NCBI GenBank assembly: GCA_946183365.1
Contig: CAMHAH010000016.1
Coordinates: 84 to 64,083 of the forward strand
Direction of reading: 5' to 3'
Origin: an uncultured Clostridia bacterium
GTDB taxonomy: Bacteria; Bacillota; Clostridia; Oscillospirales; Acutalibacteraceae
DNA length: 64,000 nt
Part shown: positions 1 to 8,888 of the stretch, one piece after another
How positions within the stretch are numbered: the first letter of the stretch is position 1
How the letters are laid out: every line of letters starts with the position of its first letter
Program-made: the position numbers and the translations under genes
Notes under the pieces: model-generated
The model's database searches: none
What the model saw: the letters and a program-made list of their open reading frames with translations, nothing else
What the model was told of the DNA's origin: nothing

Positions 1-63
1 AAAGCTAATGCTTAGACCGATAGGCGCACCGATCAGGCAGCGCAGAATAACTTTCTTTTTCAT
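1..63 (-). CDS. N-terminal 21 codons (MKKKVILRCLIGAPIGLSISF) of a small membrane protein, DUF3021-like partner of the LytTR regulator. The gene runs off the window.
   Basis: ATG at 61-63 on the minus strand, with AGGAGG 7 nt upstream. Hydrophobic N-terminus. Starts 10 nt after the stop of the LytTR gene. Confidence 0.45.
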   Translation of the reverse strand, partial: MKKKVILRCLIGAPIGLSISF

Positions 64-73
64 AATATACCTC

Positions 74-514
74 CTATAAACCTAAAACCTTTTTGATTTT
101 TGACACATAGCGTCTTGAAACATATGTTGCCGTTCCGTCGGACAGCGTAACGCAAATCGTACCCGATAAGCTCAAATCAAAGTTGCGCACCTTTTTAAGA
201 TTGATGATCTCCGAGTTGGAGATGCGCACAAAGCTGTACTTGGTAAGCTGCTCCTCAAGCTCGTATAATCTTTGTCTGAGGATGTATTCTTTCTTGTTGG
301 CAAAAGCAAATGTCTTGCCGCCCGCAGAGTAAATACGGATAATGTTATCGGGTGATAAGATTTCCGCCAAATCATTATAAAAGCCCGTAATAATCTCAGG
401 AGTTTTAGATGAAAGCGTATTGAGTATATCGTTGATTTCATCATTTACCTTATCAGTAATAATAATCACTCTAGGCTCAATACAGCTGTCGTCGATTTTG
501 ATTTCTACCTGCAT
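74..514 (-). CDS. LytTR-family DNA-binding protein without a receiver domain (146 aa)
   Basis: C-terminal LytTR signature (FVRISNSEIINLKKVRNFD ... YVSRRYVSKIKKVLG). The track start at 538 is TTG; the ATG at 514 has AAGGAGG 8 nt upstream. Confidence 0.8.
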   Translation of the reverse strand: MQVEIKIDDSCIEPRVIIITDKVNDEINDILNTLSSKTPEIITGFYNDLAEILSPDNIIRIYSAGGKTFAFANKKEYILRQRLYELEEQLTKYSFVRISNSEIINLKKVRNFDLSLSGTICVTLSDGTATYVSRRYVSKIKKVLGL

Positions 515-539
515 TGTTTTTTCCTCCTTTGTTGACAAC

Positions 540-608
540 AGTATACCACGCTTTGAAAATCAAATCCACCGTTTTTCAATAAGTGGTCGTTTTTTGAAGA
601 TAAGTGGT
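540..608 (-). promoter_or_regulatory. LytTR-type operator (two 9-bp direct repeats, 12-bp spacer) plus an extended -10 promoter of the LytTR gene
   Basis: On the minus strand, ACCACTTAT occurs at 600-608 and 579-587, separated by exactly 12 bp. TGGTATACT lies at 540-548. Confidence 0.6.
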
Positions 609-613
609 TATTA

Positions 614-660
614 TTCAAAAAAACAGAGCCGCCAAGCAGGAATTATCCCACTTGACGGCG
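614..660 (-). terminator. Rho-independent terminator after the GNAT gene
   Basis: Stem GCCGTCAAG/CTTGGCGGC (one mismatch), followed by a T7 run on the minus strand. Confidence 0.7.
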
Positions 661-675
661 TTACCGGTTTAAAAA

Positions 676-1185
676 CTATCTTTCATACCAATAGCGGCAG
701 ATCTCTTTTTGCTCGCCTTGGTAATTATCAATACCCTTGAATTCCAAAATAAAGCCGCATTTTTCCATTACCTTTTGCGAAGCGATGTTGTCGGCAAGGC
801 AGATTCCCGCCATTTTTGTAACACCGATTCTTTCCATAATGACAGGCAGAAAAGCACTTACGGCTTCTGTAGCGTAACCGTGCTTTGTATATTTAGCGCC
901 GATATGATAACCGATCTCCCATATGCCGCCATCAAGCGGAACAGCCTGCACATAACCTATGTTGGTTTTATCCTTACGCAACACGGGATATACAAACGGC
1001 CCCTCGCAGCCGCCGTACCGCGACATAAGAAATTCAATTGTTTCCGAAGCGTCCTCGACGGTTTCAAAAACCTCGTCGGGAACAAAACGGCGGTTATCCT
1101 CGTCAAGTGAGTTTTCGTGAACCGCCTGCGCCATATCCGGCGTAAATACTGTAATCATCAATCTATCTGTTTCTATTTTGAACAT
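676..1185 (-). CDS. GNAT family N-acetyltransferase (RimJ/RimL-like)
   Basis: ETDRL N-terminus and an IGYHIGAKYTKHGYATEA acetyl-CoA-binding core typical of GNAT. AAAGGA RBS. Confidence 0.8.
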   Translation of the reverse strand: MFKIETDRLMITVFTPDMAQAVHENSLDEDNRRFVPDEVFETVEDASETIEFLMSRYGGCEGPFVYPVLRKDKTNIGYVQAVPLDGGIWEIGYHIGAKYTKHGYATEAVSAFLPVIMERIGVTKMAGICLADNIASQKVMEKCGFILEFKGIDNYQGEQKEICRYWYER

Positions 1186-1201
1186 AGTGTTATCCTTTCA
1201 T

Positions 1202-1651
1202 TTAATAGTGTACATACATTCTTGACGGCTCGGGATCACTGCCTTGAATCATACAAAAGAATTCCCAGCCGTATCGCTCATAAAAGCCGATGTGGTCGGT
1301 CACGAGATAAACCGGCGAAATTCCCTTTGACCGCAAATTCTCCACCGCCAAATCCAAGAGCTTTCCTGCAATCCCCTGCTTTCGGTATTCGCTTTCCGTA
1401 TAGACGGCGCAAACGTTCGGAAATAAATCCTTTCTCTCGTGAAAGTCATTTTGAATAACGCCCAAACCGCCGATGATTTGATCTCCGTCAAGGCATAGGT
1501 ACCAGCCATATTCGGTATTACCGCTTAGATAATCCTCCATACATTCGAGATAAGCGGTAACAGGTACGTTCCATTTTTCACAAAACCACTTGGCGGCTGT
1601 ATCCTTTAATTCCGGACGCTCACGAAGCGTGATGTATTTATATTTATCCAT
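1202..1651 (-). CDS. GNAT family N-acetyltransferase
   Basis: YRKQGIAGKLLDLAV matches the R/Q-x-x-G-x-A acetyl-CoA loop. Start re-set to the ATG at 1651 (AAAGGG 8 nt upstream); the track start is GTG. Confidence 0.75.
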   Translation of the reverse strand: MDKYKYITLRERPELKDTAAKWFCEKWNVPVTAYLECMEDYLSGNTEYGWYLCLDGDQIIGGLGVIQNDFHERKDLFPNVCAVYTESEYRKQGIAGKLLDLAVENLRSKGISPVYLVTDHIGFYERYGWEFFCMIQGSDPEPSRMYVHY

Positions 1652-1744
1652 TGTAAACACCCTTTCGATTTACTGACATCATCATATCAAGCATTCCGCT
1701 GTAAATCAACCTTGAAAACCATTATAAAAAAGAATGAGCCTGCA

Positions 1745-2026
1745 CTAAGCAGACTCACAAATTTTCATTTCACGGATAATGCGCTGAATGGATTTATCGG
1801 AAAGGTAATATCGACTTGCCAATATCGAAACTGTCTCGCCGTCAAGGTATTCCCGATAAATCAAAGCGTTTCGTCGGCGCAACTCTTTTTTAACGCCTGT
1901 TTTCGCTCCCCAATCGACGCGGGAGCCGTCCTTCTTGGGAATATAAATGTTTTCCCCATCAATGTATTGCTGAATGATTTTAATAATGTTCTGCGGCAGC
2001 ACATCGTCTGCCTTGATATAGCTCAT
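1745..2026 (-). CDS. Small helix-turn-helix protein, CD3324/Mor-like family (93 aa)
   Basis: Family-like motifs (LPQNIIKIIQQY, C-terminal HTH YYLSDKSIQRII). AGGAGG 5 nt before the ATG. Consensus promoter at 2154-2182. Confidence 0.6.
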   Translation of the reverse strand: MSYIKADDVLPQNIIKIIQQYIDGENIYIPKKDGSRVDWGAKTGVKKELRRRNALIYREYLDGETVSILASRYYLSDKSIQRIIREMKICESA

Positions 2027-2153
2027 TGTTGCCTCCTAAAAATTGAAATGCTTTAGGGTAAGCAATGGCTATAAAATATTCAAACGATACCGAATAGCCA
2101 ATGCTTATACGGCAATAACATATCTTTTCAAAACGCAGCCCTCCTGTCTGTCG

Positions 2154-2182
2154 TATTATAGCGTATTCTATGTATTTTGTCA
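2154..2182 (-). promoter_or_regulatory. Consensus sigma-A promoter for the CD3324-like gene
   Basis: TTGACA, 17 nt, TATAAT on the minus strand. Confidence 0.7.
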
Positions 2183-2189
2183 ATTTCAA

Positions 2190-2239
2190 GAAAACGCCGC
2201 CAAGCAGGAGGTTATCCTACTTGGCGGCGTTGCTTTTTA
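2190..2239 (-). terminator. Terminator hairpin homologous to the one at 614-660
   Basis: Perfect 11-bp stem ACGCCGCCAAG/CTTGGCGGCGT with a 15-nt loop. T-rich on both sides. Confidence 0.65.
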
Positions 2240-2339
2240 GGTGTAAATCAACTCTACGTTAACGATTTCCGTTGCACGGTTACGGATATTGTTCATCTTC
2301 CGTACTCACAGCATTTTATTTTTCATTTGAGCAGTTCGA

Positions 2340-2389
2340 TCGTGGATAATAAGAATAATAGCAGACAGCTTTTACCCTGCCTGCTATTA
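2340..2389 (-). terminator. guaA terminator
   Basis: 10-bp stem ATAATAGCAG/CTGCTATTAT directly after the guaA stop, with a U-rich tail. Confidence 0.6.
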
Positions 2390-2414
2390 TAGATAATACA
2401 TATTAAATACTTCT

Positions 2415-3944
2415 TTACTCCCACTCTACTGTTGCCGGAGGCTTGGGGGTTATGTCATAGACTACTCGTGTGATACCGCTTACCTCGCTTGTGATGCGTT
2501 CAGAAGCCTTCTCGAGTACCTCATAGGGGATACGCGACCAATCGGCTGTAACAAAGTCGTCGCTGTTTACGGCTCTCAGTACAACGGTCATGCCTACGGT
2601 CCTTACGTCGTCGAGAACGCCGATCGACTTGGTATCGGTCAAAACAGCGAAGTACTGGCTTGTGTAGCGGTCATAACCGGTCTTTTCGATCTCTTCGCGG
2701 AATATCGCGTCGACTTCTCGCAGAATATCGAGCTTCTCGGCTGTTATCTCGCCTATGCAGCGGATAGCAAGACCGGGACCGGGGAAGGGCTGACGCCAGA
2801 CAAGATCCTTCGGAATACCCAGAGCCTGACCCATACGGCGCACCTCGTCTTTGAACAGATCTCTCAAAGGCTCCAGCATTGCGTCAAAATCTATAACTGA
2901 AGTGATACCGCTGTTCTCGCTGCCTTTGAAGCCTGTGATATCGCCCGAGCCTCTCTCGATAACATCGGTGATGATAGTGCCCTGTACCAGATAATTGAGC
3001 TTACCGATCTTCTTTGCTTCTTCTTCAAATACGCTTACGAACTCTTCGCTTATTGCTTTGCGCTTATCGTCGGGCTGCGTAATACCCTTTAACTTATTCA
3101 GGAAGCGATCCTTGGCGTCAACGCGGATGAGATTGAAGTTGAAGGTATCTCTGAACAGACGCTCAACATAATCAGCCTCACCCTTTCTGAGCAAGCCGTT
3201 ATCTACAAAGACACAGATGAGGTTATCGCCGACAGCCTTATGCAGCAGCATAGCGGCAACGGAGCTGTCAACACCGCCGGACAGAGCACAGAGAACCTTC
3301 TTGTCTCCGAGCATATCACGGTATTCTTCTATCTTTCTCTCAACAAAGCTGTCCATTGTCCAATCGCCTGAGCAGCCGCAGATATTATAGAGGAAGTTGT
3401 GCAATACCAGCTCACCGTATTCGGTATGGCTGACCTCGGGATGGAACTGAACGCCGTATATGTTTCTCTCTTCATCCTCGATCGCCGCTACAGGACAGAA
3501 CTCGGTATAAGCGGTAACGTTAAATCCGATAGGAGCTTCTTTGATATAGTTGCGGTGGCTCATCCAGCTAACGCTAACCGCGGGGAAGCCGTCGAGCAGA
3601 GTGCTGCCGTCAGAGATGACCTCGACCTTGCCATATTCACTGCCGCCGTCAGAGTAGGTGACTTTACCACCGGCGGTGTAGGCTATCAGCTGACAGCCGT
3701 AGCCGATGCCGAGGATCGGGATACCGGTCTTGAAGAGAGCAGGATCATAGTGCGGCGCGTCCTTATCAAAAACGCTGAAGGAGCCGCCGGTCAGGATGAT
3801 TCCTTTGTAGCCCTCTTTGACTATCTCATCCACCATCACTTTGGTGTAAGGCTTGATCTCAGCATAGATGTTCTGTTCGCGCACCTTGCGGGCTGTGAGC
3901 CTGCTGTATTGTCCGCCGAAATCGAGTATCAGTATCTTTTCCAT
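2415..3944 (-). CDS. guaA: GMP synthase (glutamine-hydrolysing)
   Basis: N-terminal GATase ILILDFGGQYS, ATP-PPase P-loop SGGVDSS, C-terminal PPATVEWE. Start re-set to MEKILIL. Confidence 0.95.
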   Translation of the reverse strand: MEKILILDFGGQYSRLTARKVREQNIYAEIKPYTKVMVDEIVKEGYKGIILTGGSFSVFDKDAPHYDPALFKTGIPILGIGYGCQLIAYTAGGKVTYSDGGSEYGKVEVISDGSTLLDGFPAVSVSWMSHRNYIKEAPIGFNVTAYTEFCPVAAIEDEERNIYGVQFHPEVSHTEYGELVLHNFLYNICGCSGDWTMDSFVERKIEEYRDMLGDKKVLCALSGGVDSSVAAMLLHKAVGDNLICVFVDNGLLRKGEADYVERLFRDTFNFNLIRVDAKDRFLNKLKGITQPDDKRKAISEEFVSVFEEEAKKIGKLNYLVQGTIITDVIERGSGDITGFKGSENSGITSVIDFDAMLEPLRDLFKDEVRRMGQALGIPKDLVWRQPFPGPGLAIRCIGEITAEKLDILREVDAIFREEIEKTGYDRYTSQYFAVLTDTKSIGVLDDVRTVGMTVVLRAVNSDDFVTADWSRIPYEVLEKASERITSEVSGITRVVYDITPKPPATVEWE

Positions 3945-4197
3945 AAAGTCCCCTCTTTTCAAATTATTAAATCGAGTATGTAAAGCGAGAACACCTCAGT
4001 TAATGGTTATCAACGCTTTAAAACCTGATAGATTTATTGTAGCACACAGGCTGTAAAAATGCAATAATAAATTTTTAAATTTGCAAAAAAGATTGTTAAA
4101 AGTGCAACAACAGCACAAAATATCTCTGATTTTGCATTTTTGACATTTTGAAATTTCATTTTTGTTATAAATTTCACAAAGTATATGTCAATTGATG

Positions 4198-4226
4198 TTG
4201 AAATATGACCGCGACTTTGTTATAAT
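4198..4226 (+). promoter_or_regulatory. Promoter of the HAD hydrolase gene
   Basis: TTGAAA, 17 nt, TGtTATAAT (extended -10). Confidence 0.6.
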
Positions 4227-4256
4227 AACAGTTAGGAAATGTAGGGGAGTGTATCT

Positions 4257-4892
4257 ATGAATGTTATCTTTGATATGGACGGAGTTATTTTTGACTCCGA
4301 GAGAGCTTATATTGAGGCGTATAAAAAGCTTGCTCCCAAGTATGGGCTCGATGACGTTGAGCGAGCCTGTATAGAGAGTATAGGAGCTAACTGGGAGCGT
4401 ACCAGAGATATCTTCTGCTCATATCACGGTTATGATCTCGATTTTGTTTCTTACCGCGAAGATGTTCATGAAGAGCTCAGTAAGAAGGATTTTGATATAA
4501 AGCCCGGTGTATATGAGATTTTTGAGTGGCTCAGTGATAAGAAGATACCTGTAGCCCTCGCTTCATCCACACGTCAGGAGAGTGTTTTCAGATTATTGGA
4601 GAACGCTGAACTGAAGAAGTATTTTTCAGCGGTCGTGTGCGGCAATATGGTCGCTCACAGCAAGCCTCATCCCGAGATCTTTCTTGAGGCGGCAAAAAGG
4701 CTCAATGCTTCTCCCGAAAGCTGCTATGTAATAGAGGACAGCTTCAACGGTATCAGAGCCGCTCATTCGGCAGGTATGCACCCGATAATGGTGCCCGATA
4801 TCAAACAGCCCGATGATGAGATACGCTCGCTCGCCGAGGTGGTACTTCCGTCGTTATTTGAGGTCAAAGACTATCTCGAGGAACGATTGTGA
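4257..4892 (+). CDS. HAD-IA family hydrolase (beta-phosphoglucomutase-like)
   Basis: DMDGVIFDSE motif I, SST motif II, EDSFNGIRAAHSAG motif III/IV. GGGGAG RBS. Confidence 0.8.
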   Translation: MNVIFDMDGVIFDSERAYIEAYKKLAPKYGLDDVERACIESIGANWERTRDIFCSYHGYDLDFVSYREDVHEELSKKDFDIKPGVYEIFEWLSDKKIPVALASSTRQESVFRLLENAELKKYFSAVVCGNMVAHSKPHPEIFLEAAKRLNASPESCYVIEDSFNGIRAAHSAGMHPIMVPDIKQPDDEIRSLAEVVLPSLFEVKDYLEERL

Positions 4893-4939
4893 TTTGATAA
4901 TCCGTTTCTTACTTATGAAAGAATAATTAAAGAAAAGTC

Positions 4940-4970
4940 AGCGCCGCTTCGTTTTATCCGAAGCGGCGCT
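4940..4970. terminator. Bidirectional terminator between the HAD gene and glgA
   Basis: 12-bp stem AGCGCCGCTTCG/CGAAGCGGCGCT, with A-rich and T-rich flanks. Confidence 0.8.
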
Positions 4971-5014
4971 GTGTATTTTATGTCAGATTATAATTAGTTG
5001 ATCAAGGCTTATGA

Positions 5015-6442
5015 TCACAGCCAGTTCATAGTATCCTCATAAACGTTGATGTAATCCTGAGCTGAACGCTCCCAGCTGTTGTCGCTCATCATAGCGCGCC
5101 ACATCAGCTGATGCCAGCCTTCGTTGTCACAGATACCCGCCAGAGCGCGCTTAACAGCGTTGCACATATCGGCGATATCATAGTTGCGGAAGGTGAAGCC
5201 GTTGCCGTAGTTATCGGCGCTGTCGAATACGCTGTCCTTCAGACCGCCAACCTCACGGACTACAGGGATAGTACCGTAGCGCAGCGCTATCATCTGAGAC
5301 AGACCGCAGGGCTCCTGCTTACTGGGCATGAGGAAGATATCGGCGCCTGAGTAGATCTTACGGGCAAGTTCGGGAACAAAGCCGTGGCAGGTGCATACTC
5401 TGCCGGGATAGAACCACTGCATATCGCGGAAGAAGTTCTCGTATTCTTCATCGCCCGAGCCTAAGATGACGAACTGCATCTTATGATTGTTCAGCAGATC
5501 GGGCAGACCGCCGCGAACGAGGTCGAGACCCTTATGTGCTACCATACGGGTTACCATAGCTACGATAGGAGTATCCCAGCTCTGCTCAAGACCCAGTCTC
5601 TCCTGCAGGCGGCGCTTACACTCGCCCTTACCGCTCATATCCTCTTTTGTATAGTTGCAATAGAGCTGATAGTCGGTAGCGGGGTCGTAGCTCGCCTGGT
5701 CGATACCGTTTAGGATACCGCAGAGCTTATAATGATTAGCGTTGAGAGCGTGATGCAGACCGTGGCTGTACCAGGGGTCCTTTATCTCAAGCGCGTATGT
5801 GGGAGATACGGTGTTGACGCGCGTAGAGCAGAAGATAGCGCCCTTCATCATATTCAGCTTGCCGTCCATCTCAAGTATCTTGGACTCTGTAGGCGGGATA
5901 CCGACACACTCTGTGTTGACTTCCCAGCCGTACTTGCCCTGATACTGGATGTTGTGGATGGTGAACAGAGACTTGATGTTGTAATACCACGGATTCTTGG
6001 AATAGAACAGGTAGTAGTAAACGGGTACAAGAGCTGTCTGCCAGTCGTTAGTATGGATAAGATCCGGATGGAAATCGATATAGGGGAGCATCTCGAGGAT
6101 AGCTCTTGAGAAGAACGCGTAGCGCTCGGCGTCATCATAGAAGCCATAGAGCTTATCTCTCTTGAAGTAATACTCATTATCGATAAAGTAATAGGTGCAG
6201 TCGTTCCATCTTGCCCAGAACAGTCCGCAGTACTGGTGACGCCACGCTACGGGAACCGTAAAGTTGGTGATGAAATTCATCTGGCACTTTAGCTCATAGG
6301 GGATAGTGCCGTACAGCGGCATAACGATACGGCAATCGTGACCCTTGCGGCATATGGTATGCGGCAGAGAGCCGGCAACGTCTGCGAGACCGCCGCTGCC
6401 CGCGAACGGATTGGCTTCACTCGCGCAATAAAGAATTTTCAT
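5015..6442 (-). CDS. glgA: Glycogen synthase (ADP-glucose type, GT5)
   Basis: MKILYCASEANPFAGSGGLADVAGSLP N-terminus. PSKQEPCGLSQM motif. AGGAGG RBS. Confidence 0.95.
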   Translation of the reverse strand: MKILYCASEANPFAGSGGLADVAGSLPHTICRKGHDCRIVMPLYGTIPYELKCQMNFITNFTVPVAWRHQYCGLFWARWNDCTYYFIDNEYYFKRDKLYGFYDDAERYAFFSRAILEMLPYIDFHPDLIHTNDWQTALVPVYYYLFYSKNPWYYNIKSLFTIHNIQYQGKYGWEVNTECVGIPPTESKILEMDGKLNMMKGAIFCSTRVNTVSPTYALEIKDPWYSHGLHHALNANHYKLCGILNGIDQASYDPATDYQLYCNYTKEDMSGKGECKRRLQERLGLEQSWDTPIVAMVTRMVAHKGLDLVRGGLPDLLNNHKMQFVILGSGDEEYENFFRDMQWFYPGRVCTCHGFVPELARKIYSGADIFLMPSKQEPCGLSQMIALRYGTIPVVREVGGLKDSVFDSADNYGNGFTFRNYDIADMCNAVKRALAGICDNEGWHQLMWRAMMSDNSWERSAQDYINVYEDTMNWL

Positions 6443-6464
6443 AATCTATATACCTCCTGATTTT

Positions 6465-7577
6465 TTATACAATGGACTTTTTAGCGATATACATGGGATA
6501 GTTCTGAGTGCCCTGCAGCTTTGATGCGCGGCTCACGTTGACGTCCTTATCTATCACTAAGTTTACCAGCTCGGCTTTATCGCCGATGATGCTGTCCTGC
6601 ATAACGATACAATTCTTGATCACAGCGTCGTGACCTATATATACGCCCTTGCTGATGATGGAATTCTCAACGATACCGTTGATTACGCAGCCCTGAGCGA
6701 TGAGAGAGCCCTTTACACTGCAGTTAAGACCGTAGCGAGAGGGAGCGTCGTCGCGAACCTTTGTGTAAATGGGTCTGCGATTATCAAAGAGCTTGTAGCG
6801 CGTGTCGCGATCCATAAGCTTCATGTTGGCGTCATAATATGATTTGACAGAGCTGATTATCTCACAGTATCCGGTGAGCTCATAAGCGTATACTCTGTGC
6901 CTGTCAAGAGATTTCTGGAGCACGTCGCGTACAAAGCTGTATTTTGACTCAGACATAGCCTGACGAACAAGAGCCATCAGGACGGTCTTTTTCATCAGCA
7001 TTACGCCGATATCAAGGTTACATACGCTGTCATCAACGGGTGACGCCATGATCTTGTTTACCTTGCCGTCGTCGTCAATATCAAGGATACAGCGGAAGTC
7101 ATCCGTGATCTCGCCGACAACACGTTTTGTATAGATAAAGGTGATATCTGCTTGGTTCTTCTCAGCAAAATTGAGAACCTTGCTGTAATCCATGTTGTGT
7201 ACACAGTCGGAGGGGGAGATGAGGATATAATCCTCGTCGCCGTGCTCGATATAACCGTGCAGGTTGAATATAGTCTCGACCAAAGTCGCGAAGCTGTGCT
7301 CACCGTAAGGAGGCAGTATGCTCAGACCGCTTCTGCGGCGGGCAAGATCCCAAGCTGAACCCGAGCCGACATGGTCCATAAGGGACATGAAGTTCGATTT
7401 TGCTACGATACCGATATTGTTGATACCGGAGTTAGACATATTAGAGAGCGGGAAGTCTATAAGACGATACTTTCCGCCGAAAGGTACGGAGCCTGTTGAA
7501 CGATACGCTGTAAGCTCAGGCAAGTGCTTTTCATTGGTATTAGCGAAGATAAGACCTAAAATTCTGTTGCTTGCCAT
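6465..7577 (-). CDS. glgD: Glucose-1-phosphate adenylyltransferase, GlgD subunit
   Basis: Nucleotidyltransferase fold plus a left-handed beta-helix C-terminus. Lacks the GGxGxRL loop of GlgC, as GlgD does. Immediately downstream of glgC. Confidence 0.9.
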   Translation of the reverse strand: MASNRILGLIFANTNEKHLPELTAYRSTGSVPFGGKYRLIDFPLSNMSNSGINNIGIVAKSNFMSLMDHVGSGSAWDLARRRSGLSILPPYGEHSFATLVETIFNLHGYIEHGDEDYILISPSDCVHNMDYSKVLNFAEKNQADITFIYTKRVVGEITDDFRCILDIDDDGKVNKIMASPVDDSVCNLDIGVMLMKKTVLMALVRQAMSESKYSFVRDVLQKSLDRHRVYAYELTGYCEIISSVKSYYDANMKLMDRDTRYKLFDNRRPIYTKVRDDAPSRYGLNCSVKGSLIAQGCVINGIVENSIISKGVYIGHDAVIKNCIVMQDSIIGDKAELVNLVIDKDVNVSRASKLQGTQNYPMYIAKKSIV

Positions 7578-7580
7578 GAT

Positions 7581-8777
7581 TTACACCTCCATATCCTTGT
7601 CTATCATCGACTTGCAGGGAACAACTACGCCCTCGCCGATCTTGAGACCGTCGCCGATAACGGTGATGCCCCAGTCGTCGCGGTTCTCCATCTCGGTGGG
7701 AGCCGCGCCGATCTTAGCGTTTTTACCGATGGTAGTGTTCTCGGCAATAATAGAGAACTCTACATGAGCGCCGTCCTCGATAACAACGCCGGGGAAGAGG
7801 ATTGACGAGTTGATAACGGCGTCTTTGCCGATGATAACGCCGGGGAAGATGATAGAGAACTCAAGCTTGCCGTCAACATTACAGCCGTCGGATATCATAG
7901 AGTTCTGTATCTCGGCGGTATCTCCGACATGGTGCGGAGGCATCATCGGATTGCGTGAGTAGATATTCTTCAGATCAAGCTGGAGGTTGGGATCCAGCAG
8001 ATCCATGTTAGCCTCCCACAGGCTGTCGATGGTTCCTACGTCCTTCCAGTAGCCGTCAAAGGGATACGCTACCATCTTTTCGCCAGAGTTGAGCATCAGC
8101 GGCAGAACGTCCTTACCGAAGTCGTTGTGTGAATCGGGGTTCTGAGCGTCTTTGATAAGATACTCGCGAACGGTCTTCCAGCTGAATACATATATGCCCA
8201 TCGAGGCGTTAGTGCTCTTGGGGTGAGCGGGCTTCTCTTCGAATTCGTAAATAGTATTGTCCTCGTTGGTATTGAGAATACCGAAGCGGGACGCTTCTTC
8301 CATAGGTACGTCCATGGCGGCGATAGTGCACGCCGCGTTCTTTTCCTTATGGTAGTCGATCATCGCGGCATAATCCATCTTATAGATGTGGTCGCCCGAA
8401 AGAACAACGATATAATCGGGGTCATATCTGTCAACAAAACCGATATTCTGATAAATAGCGTTAGCTGTACCCGAATACCAGTCAGAGCCTTCTTTAGACT
8501 CATACGGCTGCAGACAGGTGACGCCCGAGTGGATACCGTCAAGGTCCCACGGCTGACCGTTGCCTACATATTCGTTAAGCTCAAGCGGCTGATACTGCGT
8601 GAGCACGCCTACCGCCTCGATACCGGAGTTGATACAGTTTGAGAGAGGGAAGTCTATAATTCTGTATTTGCCTCCGAACGGGACTGCGGGCTTAGCTATC
8701 TTTTTGGTCAGTACGCCAAGGCGAGAGCCCTGACCGCCTGCCAGCAGCATTGCCACAACTTCTTTCTTAGGTATCAT
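7581..8777 (-). CDS. glgC: Glucose-1-phosphate adenylyltransferase
   Basis: [24 protein letters not shown]. The track start at 8789 is TTG; the ATG at 8777 follows GGAGGA. Confidence 0.95.
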   Translation of the reverse strand: MIPKKEVVAMLLAGGQGSRLGVLTKKIAKPAVPFGGKYRIIDFPLSNCINSGIEAVGVLTQYQPLELNEYVGNGQPWDLDGIHSGVTCLQPYESKEGSDWYSGTANAIYQNIGFVDRYDPDYIVVLSGDHIYKMDYAAMIDYHKEKNAACTIAAMDVPMEEASRFGILNTNEDNTIYEFEEKPAHPKSTNASMGIYVFSWKTVREYLIKDAQNPDSHNDFGKDVLPLMLNSGEKMVAYPFDGYWKDVGTIDSLWEANMDLLDPNLQLDLKNIYSRNPMMPPHHVGDTAEIQNSMISDGCNVDGKLEFSIIFPGVIIGKDAVINSSILFPGVVIEDGAHVEFSIIAENTTIGKNAKIGAAPTEMENRDDWGITVIGDGLKIGEGVVVPCKSMIDKDMEV

Positions 8778-8798
8778 ATGGTCCTCCAAAATTCAGCG

Positions 8799-8825
8799 CT
8801 GAGCCCCGATAACAACGGGGCTCAG
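8799..8825 (-). other. Intercistronic hairpin between glgB and glgC (weak terminator or processing site)
   Basis: 10-bp GC-rich stem CTGAGCCCCG/CGGGGCTCAG. The U-run is not adjacent. Confidence 0.5.
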
Positions 8826-8888
8826 TTGTTGTGTATGTATTGTTATTACCGTCATCGTGATAAATTGATAACAGTTTAACAGGGTTGA

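Noticed and set aside
2237-2296. 19-codon minus-strand sORF (MNNIRNRATEIVNVELIYT) between the two terminators downstream of guaA
   Set aside because: The putative RBS (GGAAG) abuts the ATG with no spacer, and there is no other support. I kept it only as a note under the repeated-terminator finding.
3963-4256. Possible purine riboswitch upstream of guaA
   Set aside because: I read the minus strand of the leader and found none of the conserved purine-riboswitch junction sequences (UAUAAU...GGAUAUGG...CCGUAAAU...CUAC). An Infernal scan would be definitive.
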